From contig NW_013657642.1 in the NCBI RefSeq assembly GCF_000142905.1, positions 66,135 through 130,134 of the forward strand: DNA of 64,000 nt. The letters run 5' to 3'. Below the pieces are notes generated by a model. The model was not told the DNA's origin, did not search any database, and saw only the letters and a list, made by a program, of their open reading frames with translations. Each line of letters starts with the position of its first letter. Positions within the stretch are counted from its first letter, which is position 1. Shown here in pieces: positions 21,271 to 31,074 of the stretch. Source of the DNA: Thecamonas trahens ATCC 50062. Lineage: Eukaryota; Protista; Apusomonadida. The position numbers and the translations under genes are program-made.

Positions 21271-23217
21271 ATGGTGATGTCTGCTGCACGACGAGCAAGC
21301 ACCAATTCGGCCTCGGCCTCGGCCTCGGCCTCGGCCTCAGCCAGCACCGCCTCCTCGGTCGGCCGCAGGCGGGAAGAGGACAGGCAGCCGCGGCGCCAGC
21401 GACGGGGGACGGGACAGAGTGGGCGGGAGGATGGGAGCACATGCGGGAGCGTCGTTGGGAGCACGGGTGGGATGGCGACCGAGGGCAGCGAGGCCGAGGA
21501 GGAGCTGCTGCGGCTGCTGAAGATGCTGCAGCGCGAGCGGGATGAGGCTGCCGCCGCTGGAGGCTATCGGCGAGCTGGCGAGCTGCAGAAGGAGATCAAC
21601 TACGTGCTGGCATCGGAGCAGGCTGTGGTGCTGGAGAGCATGGCCGACGCCGCAGAGACTGCCGCCCGCAATCTGACTGAGGCTGCTCGCGAGGCGTACA
21701 AGGCCAAGGCCCGTCTCTGGGACCGCCGCATCGCCCGGTTCAAGGAGCATGCCGTAGCGGTGCTCGACGATGTGACCCGTGAGCACGAGAACGAGCTCGT
21801 CGCCGAGTGGGCCCGGCTGCGGGCGATGCCGTTCCGCCCGCGGTTTTCGGCCCGACTGCACCATCTGCGCAAGCGTGAGGCGACACTGGCCCGGCTGCAG
21901 CGGTACGACGAGGCCGAGGCCGTCCAGGCCAATGCCGACGAGCTAGAACGGGCCGAGCTGGCGGTGCTGAAGCAAAAGCGCGAGGACTCGCATGCCCGCA
22001 AGGTGGCAAAAGTCATCCGTGCGCAGCGAATTCGGATCGCCGCGCTGGAGAACCGCATGCAGCGGTTAGAGGCCGAGGCGGTCCGGCGGCGCGAGGACGA
22101 GCTGCTCACGCTGATGCAGCGCGACTTTGCGGCCCGGTACGAGTTTGGCGTGCGAGCGGCGGCCGACCAGGCCAAGACTGCCCGCTTCTTCCACAACATC
22201 GACTCGCTCGATGAGCGCAAGCGCGGTAAGGCCACCATTGTCCAGCGCCGCGCCTACGACCCGCGGGTCTCCGCCCGCAACCGCGGCTCCTGGGGCTCGG
22301 CCAAGCGGGCTCGCCGCAAGAAGAGCCCGCCTCCGCCGGCGCAGCTGCCCGCTGGAGACTCGGCCGCCGCCGCCATGCTCCCGGACACCGAGTTTGAGCG
22401 GCTCATGGATGCGGACGACGACGACTTTGCGTCTCCCAGCACTGCTGCTGGTGGCTCGTCTGATCGTGGCTCGCTGGCGGATGTACCCACCTCGGACGAT
22501 GGATCGTTGAGCGCGGTGACGGGCGAGAGTGAAGATGATGACGAGGGCGAGGAGAGCGCCGGCGCTGGTGCTGACGCTGGTGCTGCCGCCGGCGCTGGTG
22601 CTGACGACACCGAGGTTGACTTTGATCTCGACATGGACGACTTTGAGTCCGAATCGGGTTCGGCCTCCGCCTCGGTCTCGGCCTCGGTCTCGGTCTCAGC
22701 CTCGGCCTCGGCCTCCGCCTCGGTCTCCGCAGTCGCTGCGACAACCGAGACACAGAATGTGGCCGTCGAGGACTACGCGGGCTTCTCCGATGCAACCGAT
22801 CTGTCATCCCCTGCAGCGACTGCAAATCCTGGCGTTACGGCATACGCGAGCTCGTCGACTGCCTCGTGTGACGTCGATGCCGCTGAAACCGCCATCTCAA
22901 GCGCCGACGCTGACGTGGCTGCAGGCACCACCGCAAGCATCGACCTGGTCGCCCTCGCCGCAGATGCAGACGCAGACGCCACGTCAAGCACAGAGCGCAC
23001 AGTAGACCCGGGTCTGACTGCTGATCCCAGCGGAGCACCTCCGTCTCCGCCGCACAACTACACGATGGACTCGGCTGCGTTTGAGAACTTCTCGCTCTCG
23101 GACGACGACCCGTCTCTTGAGTCCGACGCGAGCTTCCCGGACCTGGCAGCGTTGGCCAACAACGACGACAAGCGCAGGTTCTCGCTCTCGTCGTCCACGC
23201 AGAGCATCGACGTGTAG
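21271..23217 (+). CDS. Coiled-coil protein with acidic low-complexity C-terminus (RPRFS..L..LRK.E..LAR.Q.Y.EA type, recalled from flagellated protists)
   Basis: Long ORF with a helical core; start could be ATG 21271 or 21472. Confidence 0.65.
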   Translation: MVMSAARRASTNSASASASASASASTASSVGRRREEDRQPRRQRRGTGQSGREDGSTCGSVVGSTGGMATEGSEAEEELLRLLKMLQRERDEAAAAGGYRRAGELQKEINYVLASEQAVVLESMADAAETAARNLTEAAREAYKAKARLWDRRIARFKEHAVAVLDDVTREHENELVAEWARLRAMPFRPRFSARLHHLRKREATLARLQRYDEAEAVQANADELERAELAVLKQKREDSHARKVAKVIRAQRIRIAALENRMQRLEAEAVRRREDELLTLMQRDFAARYEFGVRAAADQAKTARFFHNIDSLDERKRGKATIVQRRAYDPRVSARNRGSWGSAKRARRKKSPPPPAQLPAGDSAAAAMLPDTEFERLMDADDDDFASPSTAAGGSSDRGSLADVPTSDDGSLSAVTGESEDDDEGEESAGAGADAGAAAGAGADDTEVDFDLDMDDFESESGSASASVSASVSVSASASASASVSAVAATTETQNVAVEDYAGFSDATDLSSPAATANPGVTAYASSSTASCDVDAAETAISSADADVAAGTTASIDLVALAADADADATSSTERTVDPGLTADPSGAPPSPPHNYTMDSAAFENFSLSDDDPSLESDASFPDLAALANNDDKRRFSLSSSTQSIDV

Positions 23218-23325
23218 CGTGCGGTTCCATCAAACACCACTTTGGCTGGGCCGCATCGTGGCGAGTTTATGACATGAGCATGTTCGGCACGAGAGGAAAA
23301 TGCGAGTCGAGGCAGAGCATCCTAC

Positions 23326-24672
23326 TTACTTGAGGGGAGCAAAGCCGACGCGCGAGTTGCCGTTGTCAAAGGCGGTGTAGACGGTGCCGAGGAAGACGTC
23401 GCCAAGGATGACGAGCTCGCCGATCTGGGGCGGGAGAGCAATGCCCATGATGCCGGAGATGCACTCAGTCTTGCCCTCGGCGGAGATCTGGAGGACGTAC
23501 TGCTCGGCAGTGAGGGTGAAGACCTGGCCGTTGAGGGTGACCTCCATCTTGGGCATGGTCGGGATCTTGGAGCACTGGACGATGGCCTCGCCGGTCGGGA
23601 GCGGGGTGGCGCCGATGGCAGAGTTGAACTCGGCAGCCATGGCCATGGGCATGGCGATGAGCGAGGTACCGGTGTCGGCAATGCCGTGGACGTTGGTGGC
23701 GATGGTCTTGCCGTTGACGGTAATCTTGGGCAGGGCAAACTCCCAGTAGGTCTGGTTGGTGAGCGGGACCCAGTGGAAGTCACCGGCCTGGTACTTGGAG
23801 TCGTAGCCGCCAAAGGTGATCTCACCGCCGACAGTCGCGTTGACGTCGCGCGAGAGGTACACGCCAAAGACCGGCTCGTCGATGAGCTTCTGCGAGACCA
23901 TGTTCTGGAACGGCGGGACGACGCCGTCGACAGCAATGGTCGGCCAGGCGAGGCCGAGGATGCCGTCGGCCTTGGCCACGATAAAGGTGATGCCCGGGAA
24001 GTGGGTGGCCTCGGCGAAGGTCTGGCCCTTGACGGTGAGCCCGGCAATGCCAAGGTCATCCTCAGAGAGGAAGCCCGAGAGCGAACCCTTGCCGTACTGG
24101 ATGGCAAACGACTCGCCGTTGGCCTTGTACGTCGACGACTTGCCCGAGTTGTACTTGTGGTGCAGGTCGCACGCGAGCTCGGTGATCTTGCACTTGGACG
24201 ACGGAACCCAGAGGTTCGACGAGCCAGTGTCGAGGATGACGGTAAAGTCCTGCGCCGGCGTGCCGAGAGAGATCGGGCCGTAGTACTGCGCGTCCTTGTA
24301 GTCGGTGAGCGGCTCGTTGGCGCCGGTCAGCCGGGCGGTGTACCGCTGCGAGAGGTATGCCTGCGCCTCAGAGAGCACGCTCCGCTCCAGCTCGTGGCGC
24401 GGGAACAGCGGCATCTTGTGCACAGCCTATCTCCCCGCCTTCTGTGTGAGTCTTCTCCGCCATGACAGGTCTCACTCCACTCAGGTCGCCTACGTCACGT
24501 GACATGCCGTCGATCCCTCCGAAAAATAGAGGCAGGACAAAAAAGGGCGGCGGGGGGCAGAGTGGGGGAAGGGGAAAGGGGGGAGCGGGGGTGGGGTGGG
24601 GTGGATGGTGGTGCATACCGAGGCCGAGGCCACGAGGGCAACAGCAACAAACACGAGAACAGCAAGCTTCAT
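23326..24672 (-). CDS. Cathepsin D-like aspartic protease; exons 24619-24672 and 23326-24426
   Basis: Signal peptide MKLAVLVFVAVALVASAS; intron 24427-24618 (GTATGC...ATAG); DAQYYG, LDTGSSNLW, ADTGTSLI, ILGDVFL. Confidence 0.95.
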
Positions 24673-25011
24673 GTTGTGTGGGGGTTAAGTGTGTCACACT
24701 AGCCCTTGACGGTACGGTCGTTCGGACGCGTTGTCGCCCGCCTCAGAGTGAACAACCCGACGACGCTTGACTTGCAGGTCACCGGCCGACGCTGCGCGAC
24801 GCCTGCTTGGCCTGCGGCTTGAGGTGGGAGGCGCGCCCGCACGTGGTTGCTCTCGCGGTGACGGACGCCTGGAAGCATCGAGGTGCCGTACGGCGCCGAT
24901 CCGGCGATGTGGGTAGGGAAGGGGTGGGGGGACGCATCGGGTGCGGCAAGAGGTGGTGTCGTCGATTGCGGTTATTTCAGAACGGGGAGAGCGGAGAGAG
25001 GGCAAGGGCAA

Positions 25012-25338
25012 TCAGTCGAGCTCGGCTCGGGCACAGACGCCATCGAGGGCGGCGGTGTCGTGGAAGATGGCGGCCATGGCCACCGCGAGGGTGTTGAGCA
25101 CAGCCGGCGGGCCGTAGACACACATCATGCCAGCCTCAGGATCGTAGTCCAGCTCGTCAGCCTGGCCAGCGGCCAGCACATCACCTGCCACCACCTCGGC
25201 CACCGCCGCCCAGTCGTAGCCGTTCCCCAGCGCGCCGTGGCCCTCGAATACAGGTGTGCGGACCATAAACTGGCTATCAGTCAGCATGAGGCACGTTGTC
25301 CCCTCAAACTCGTTCATGACAAAAGGTGCGATGCTCAT
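25012..25338 (-). CDS. Immunity protein 51 (Imm51)-like protein
   Basis: IAPF...GNGYDWAAVA...LDYDPEAGMMCVYG...ARAELD* matches my recollection of the bacterial Imm51 pattern (GNGYDW, FDPEAGMFCAY, terminal RAELD); 108 aa, intronless. Confidence 0.8.
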   Translation of the reverse strand: MSIAPFVMNEFEGTTCLMLTDSQFMVRTPVFEGHGALGNGYDWAAVAEVVAGDVLAAGQADELDYDPEAGMMCVYGPPAVLNTLAVAMAAIFHDTAALDGVCARAELD

Positions 25339-25652
25339 GTGGGGCTGTGCACGACAAGAGATGTATGCCCAACCCTATTGCGGTCGTACCAATGGAAGGT
25401 CCCCCCCCTTTCCCCCGCACTCCCTCCCCCGTCAACCAGATCCCGGCCATCAAGCCACCATCGCCCCCGATCATACACACACACAAATATATATATATAC
25501 ATAAGCACATACCTGTAGTAACCCTGCAGTCGATCAATCCATCCAGACAGCGACCGATGACCAACGAGCCGACCCACGAGCCGAACGATGACAAGCCGAC
25601 AGAGAGACGGAAGGAGCGGGTACTTGTCGTCGTCAACTGAGCGGAGGGCAAG

Positions 25653-26654
25653 ATGTTTCGGACAATGTTCGACTCTGACGTGACGACGTTCTCGCCCATG
25701 GGACGTCTCCACCAGATCGAGTATGCACAGGAGGCAGTGAAGCAGGGCGGTGCTACCCTCGGGCTGCGGTCGGACGAGCATGTGGTCATTGCCGGTCTTC
25801 TGCGGCAGACCAAGAAGCTCTCTGGCCACCAGCCGAAGCTGTTTGTCATTGACGACCACATGGCGGTCTCCATTGCCGGCCTCACCGCCGATGCCCGTCT
25901 GCTCATCAAGTACATGCGCACAGAGTGCCTCAACAACAAGTATGTCTTCGACTCGCCGCTCCAGGTCGCCACCCTCGTCGCCGACCTCGCCGACAAGGCC
26001 CAGTCACACACCCAGGACTATTCCTCACGCCCCTACGGCGTCGGCCTCCTGGTCGCCGGCTACGACGTACGTTCTCTCCCTCCTCTTCATCCCTCCCCTC
26101 CCCTCCACTCCACCCCCTTCCCTTCCCCTTCCTCCCACTTGCCCTCCCCTCCCGCTGCCTTGGTCGCCCGGCCCAAAAACAGGTCGCCTTGCACCCGCCA
26201 CACACCACACACCGCCACCACCACTGCCACTCACCCCCACTACCCCCACCCCCCACCCCCCACCCACCCCCTCCTCTCGTACGAGTAGAAGTCGGGCCCG
26301 CATCTGTTTGAGACCTCGCCATCTGGTTCGGCGTACGACTTTCGGGCTCAGGCCATCGGTGCCCGCTCCCAGTCTGCTCGGACCTACCTTGAGCGCCACT
26401 ATGAGACGTTTGCTGATGCCTCGCTCGAGGAGCTCATCACCCATGCCCTCACTGCCCTGCGCGAGACGGCGGGTGACACCGAGCTCACTGCTGAGAACGC
26501 ATCCATCATGATTGTTGGCAAGGACACGCCGGCCCACGAGCTCGCCGCCGACGACATCGCCGCCCGTCTGGCGGCCCTCGGTGGCGGTGCTGCTGCAGAG
26601 GACGACGCCGCTAACGACGACGACGAGGGCACCAACGAGAACCCGAACGCCTAG
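25653..26654 (+). CDS. PSMA1: 20S proteasome subunit alpha type-1 (alpha6); intron 26067-26288
   Basis: MFRTMFDSDVTTFSPMGRLHQIEYA...RPYGVGLLVAGYD|KSGPHLFETSPSG...AIGARSQSARTYLE; GTACG donor. Confidence 0.95.
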
Positions 26655-26706
26655 TCTGCTGGCTCGACCTTGAAGATAAAGCTCAGCGCCCTCCGGTCTC
26701 GCCGGC

Positions 26707-28200
26707 CTACAGCTTAAAGATGAAGCCGAGTCCCATGGCAAGCTCGTGGCTCGGCCGCGCCAGCGAGCCCGACGCCACCGCCGCCACAGTCACCGCCGGC
26801 GAGAGCTTGGCCCACACCGCCACCGCAGCCTTGCCGTCGGTGTCGACCCGTGCCTTGAGCTTGGCATCGCGCGAGACTGACAGCTCGGCGCCGATCTGAA
26901 GCAGACCCATCGGGAGGACCGGAAACTGGCTCGCCAGCCACGACGGCGTCGCTGGCTGGGCTGCCTCTCGCTGTGGCTTGCCACCTCCGCCAGCCTTGTT
27001 GCTCGCCGGTCGCGCCTTGCCGCCTCCGGCTTGCCGCGGCTTCTCGACCACAAACTGCGAAAAAAGCTTGAGCCGCGGCATCGGTGTCGCCACCGTCCGG
27101 AACCCGCCTTGCACCACCTCGCCGTTGGCCAGCGCCACAAAGGTGTAGTGCTCCGCTCGCTTGTCAAGCCAGCCAAGCGAGACCTCGGCCTTGGCCGGGA
27201 ACCACGATGCCGACGCCGCCACCGCCGGCGCGCCGGATCCGCCCGTTGCGCCCTCGCCGCCTGTTGCCGCCCGCCACACATCGGCGTGGCCCGCCACGCC
27301 AAGGACCAGCGAGTGCGAGTCAACTGAAACGTGGTCGTGCGCCATCGCCGTGCCGTCGGCCGCCCGCCGCGCCACCAGCCCCACAAGGCCCTCGGCAAAG
27401 ACCGAGGCTCTTCTTCCGCTCTCAACCTTGGCCGTGATTGAGCCGTTGGCATCAGCGCCGTGGGCTGTCATCGTCGCCTGGGCCTTGAGCTGACCCTTGG
27501 CGCCCGGCGCCTTGGTCGCAGCAAACGGCAGCGACGACAGCGCCATCGTCGTCGCAACCGAGACCGTCACGCCCTTGGCCAGCTCCGACCGGTACTTGGC
27601 CTCGAGCCGCAGGCCGTGCGACTCGTGCCCGGCCTTCATGTCGCGCGCAAGCACAAAGGTTGCGCCCGAGCCGGCGTGGTAGAGGCTACTGGATCCGCTC
27701 CACCACCTCGCCGGCTGGCCCGGCTTGGCGCTGCCGTCGTAGTGCAAGCCACCAATCGAGACAAGGCCCGATGGCCGCGGTGGCTTGCCGCTCCTCTCCT
27801 CGTCGCTCTCGCTGCTCTCATTACCCGCCGCTTTGTACGTGTGCTTGACCTTGAGATCGGTCTTGAGCGCCGGCTTGCGCGCTGCAATCGAGGACGTCAG
27901 CGCCACGTCCGCCGTCGGCCCTGCCTTGCCGGTCACCGTCGCCTTGACCATGCCTGATCCCGCAAACCCCTTCTTGAAGAACTCCTTCACCGAGTTTGCC
28001 AGCTTGCTCGCCATCAGCGCAGGCCGCGGCCGAGGACCCTTCTTCCCATCGCCGCCGCCCTTCTTTCCCCGGCTCTCCGGCTGTCCACCGCCTCCCGCCC
28101 CACCGTCACCAGCTGGCACACCACCGTCACCAGCTGGCACACCACCGTCCGCCGCCTCGCGAACACTGTCAATCTTGATGCGCTCCCGTAGTGTCTCCAT
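26707..28200 (-). CDS. Divergent VDAC/eukaryotic porin-family beta-barrel with long inserted loops
   Basis: N-helix SKLANSVKEFFKKGF; C-terminal LQIGAELSVSRDAKLKARVDTDGKAAV...LSPAVTV...HELAMGLGFIFKL resembles the last VDAC strands and beta-signal. Confidence 0.7.
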   Translation of the reverse strand: METLRERIKIDSVREAADGGVPAGDGGVPAGDGGAGGGGQPESRGKKGGGDGKKGPRPRPALMASKLANSVKEFFKKGFAGSGMVKATVTGKAGPTADVALTSSIAARKPALKTDLKVKHTYKAAGNESSESDEERSGKPPRPSGLVSIGGLHYDGSAKPGQPARWWSGSSSLYHAGSGATFVLARDMKAGHESHGLRLEAKYRSELAKGVTVSVATTMALSSLPFAATKAPGAKGQLKAQATMTAHGADANGSITAKVESGRRASVFAEGLVGLVARRAADGTAMAHDHVSVDSHSLVLGVAGHADVWRAATGGEGATGGSGAPAVAASASWFPAKAEVSLGWLDKRAEHYTFVALANGEVVQGGFRTVATPMPRLKLFSQFVVEKPRQAGGGKARPASNKAGGGGKPQREAAQPATPSWLASQFPVLPMGLLQIGAELSVSRDAKLKARVDTDGKAAVAVWAKLSPAVTVAAVASGSLARPSHELAMGLGFIFKL

Positions 28201-28340
28201 CCCGCTTGCCGTCGTCTGTCGCCTGCTCGTCGTCGACAGTCGAGTGTCGCCGCCCAGCCACCCCCCCCCCACACACACACACACACACCCTCCCGCCCAC
28301 ACACACGCTCTCACGACATTTATCACGCTCGCTCTTCCCA

Positions 28341-29432
28341 TCAATGAACCAGCGAGGTGTACGTCAGCCGCAGATGGATCGAGCCGGACTTGGTGTTGTT
28401 GAGATCGACCCAGACAGAGTGCCCGCCTTCGGTCTCCATCTCCTCGGTGATGGCCACGCTGGCAGAGCCCATCGAGTCGTCGGCAGAGAGCTTGTCCCAG
28501 TCCATGACGTCGAGATGGAGCTCGGCGCCAAAGTGCGGGACGCAAAACATAAAGGTCTCGCCCCACACCGGGTTAAGGCTCTTCTTCTTGATCTTCGACT
28601 TGAGCTGCTGCGCCCCGAGCGAGAACTTGACGTACGGATCAGACTTGCCGCTCACGTCGCACGCCACCAGATCCTTGCCCTCGAGCAGCTCGACAGCCAC
28701 CGTCCCGATGTACTCTTGCATGGCCGTGAGTCCGCCGGCGGCAGTCTCCTCACTCGCTCCACGCGCTGCAAGCTCGGCGTTCTCGGCCTCGGTCCGTGGC
28801 AGCGTTTCGTTGCCTGGCACAAACGCCTTGTTGGCGTACTTGGCTGAGATCCAATCGGTCCGCGCTGCCCGCGACGCGTCCGGGCCGGGCTTGATCCACC
28901 CCTCGGGCACCTCGGCCTCGTACTCGGCATTGACCACCGCATTACCCTTGGCCAGAAACGCCTCGAGCATCTCGCTCTCCCAATCATCCAGCACCACCGA
29001 TCGCATCTTGGTGATGTGGACCCCGAGGTTGCGATGGACGCCCGAGCACTCGATACAGACCACAGCGCCCAGATTCGTCGACGCCCACCTCGGATCTGTC
29101 GCCCGCAACCCGATATTTACCATACCCTCCCAGTCAGTCGCCCGTCTCCCCCCACACACGCCCTGCTCAGCCTCGCTCGGCCTCGCTTGGTCCAGCTCGT
29201 TGTTCCGTACCGGCCGCGCCACAATCGGCACACACACAGTTGGCCTCGTCCTGGAAGAAGCCCTCGAACTCGGGCAAGTATGACTCGGCCATGGAGAGAC
29301 GCTCGGTAGAGTTTGGTTGCTGCAATGGGGCGGGTCAAGTATCGCCTCCTATCCCCGTACCCCACAACCAGAACCAGTACCAGGCCCAGCCCCCCTCCTC
29401 CACGCATCTGCGACTGCCGACTTGCTTGACAT
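28341..29432 (-). CDS. ArfGAP-C2 domain protein; introns 29096-29210 and probably 29320-29360
   Basis: Spliced CADCGAA|DPRWASTNLGAVVCIECSGVHRNLG (ArfGAP zinc finger); C2 with DVSGKSDPYV, LNPVW, MDWDKLSADD. Alternative start at ATG 29292. Confidence 0.9.
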
Positions 29433-29545
29433 GCAGCCATTGCGCCGGCCGGTCTGCTCGCATCGCAAGCCACGACAGACCAGCTCACCCATAGTGACAC
29501 GTCGACATCTGTCAACCGTACCTCCATTCCGGCGCATTGCCACCG

Positions 29546-29582
<37 letters not shown>

Positions 29583-29758
29583 GTCGTCATCGTCGCCATC
29601 ATCATCAAGACAAACGAGCTGCCGTCACAGTTACGGCCATACACATGCCGACCCTCCCGCTACCAGTACCAATACCCATACCAATACCCATACCCATACC
29701 AATACCAATACCAATACCAATACCAAGCAAACAGAACATCGATCCCCACATCCATACC

Positions 29759-30889
29759 ATGGCCCGAAAACCTGCAACTGTGCCTGGCCTGGCTCCCCTG
29801 CCCGGCGACTTGCCCAGCCAGCCACAAGTGACCTGGCAAGGGAGGCACGAGGCAAGACGGTCGAGACCACCACCACCTCACTCCCTCTCACCACCACCAC
29901 CACCACCACCACCACCACCACCACCACCACCACTCGCCTACCCACGTTCCGCCTTTGCCTCCCTTGACTGCCTCGGACGGGACATGGACCTCGGTGACGG
30001 CACGCCGACGGTAGCCTGCGGCCGGCCAGCCGTCCTCACCAGCGCCACCTCCAACACTCCGACCAGCGCCACTGTCACTGCCACTTCTTCGCCTACGCCC
30101 ACGGCTTTATCGTCGTCTACCGCCGCTGGACTCAATGATGCAGACATGGTTGCTTTGAAGGCTGACATGGCTGCCCTGGAGGCTGCAGAGAGCCAGGGCG
30201 TCCGACTGGTCCCGGCTGGGAACGCTGCTGGCCGCTCCGGAAGGCTGCTGTTCTCGCTAGATGATCTGGTTGTAGGTGAGGTATACCGCGCAGATGCTGG
30301 CTCGCTGGTGGTACGGGTGACAGACACCGACATCAACGTTATTGCTGGTGGGCTCTCGGATCGCATCAGGCTTCCCTCGCCGCCGAGCTCTCCGTCGTCG
30401 TTCGGCGAGCCGCCTACCATCTCGGTCACCGACGGTGGCGGCAGCGGTGGCACCGAGGTTTGTGATCTCATCGTGGACATGGACGGCGATCCCGGTGAGC
30501 GATCCGACACGTCGGCACGGTCCGAGCCGCGTTCGCCGCGGATGCGGACCACATCGAGCCTCTTCCAGTCGGCCATGGTCCAGGACCTTAACCCCTTTGC
30601 GCACTCGGCCCCAGAGCTCACTGAGAGCCTCGCGAGTTCGCCCAAGGTGTCAGGAGGCGAGGCCGACGCTGTCGCCCTCCTCGAGGCCGCCGTGGGCGCA
30701 CCGCTGGCCGACGGCATTCCGCTCTGCGAGCTCCATCACCCTGATCGTGGCCGAGTTCTCTTTGCCCTCGCCGACCTCCCGCCCGAGCTCGCGCTCATGT
30801 CGCTCGATGGTAGCACCCGCCTCGAACGGCTCTCCTCCGACCTCGTCGTGCTCAACGGAAAGCTCTTTGACGTGCCATCAGCAACATAA
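29759..30889 (+). CDS. Hypothetical Pro/Ser-rich protein with two copies of a GR(L/V)LFxLxDL module
   Basis: Open frame with coding-like composition; internal repeat. Confidence 0.55.
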   Translation: MARKPATVPGLAPLPGDLPSQPQVTWQGRHEARRSRPPPPHSLSPPPPPPPPPPPPPPLAYPRSAFASLDCLGRDMDLGDGTPTVACGRPAVLTSATSNTPTSATVTATSSPTPTALSSSTAAGLNDADMVALKADMAALEAAESQGVRLVPAGNAAGRSGRLLFSLDDLVVGEVYRADAGSLVVRVTDTDINVIAGGLSDRIRLPSPPSSPSSFGEPPTISVTDGGGSGGTEVCDLIVDMDGDPGERSDTSARSEPRSPRMRTTSSLFQSAMVQDLNPFAHSAPELTESLASSPKVSGGEADAVALLEAAVGAPLADGIPLCELHHPDRGRVLFALADLPPELALMSLDGSTRLERLSSDLVVLNGKLFDVPSAT

Positions 30890-31074
30890 CAGCTGCCCCA
30901 AACACACACGCCGCCCTAGTTGGCGTGCCACTGCATTTGGACTCCTGCTGCACGCGTGCAAACAGGCACGACCCACGCCGACACTCCGCTCCCGCTCCTT
31001 CAGCACCTCACCTCCCGTGCTCGTTCACGCACACACACACACACGCTCACACACACTCACTCTCTCGCATCGAC

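Noticed and set aside
28201-28566. N-terminal 122 aa of the 619-aa porin ORF
   Set aside because: Overlaps the ArfGAP-C2 CDS in another frame and a (GT)n intergenic tract; ATG 28200 preferred
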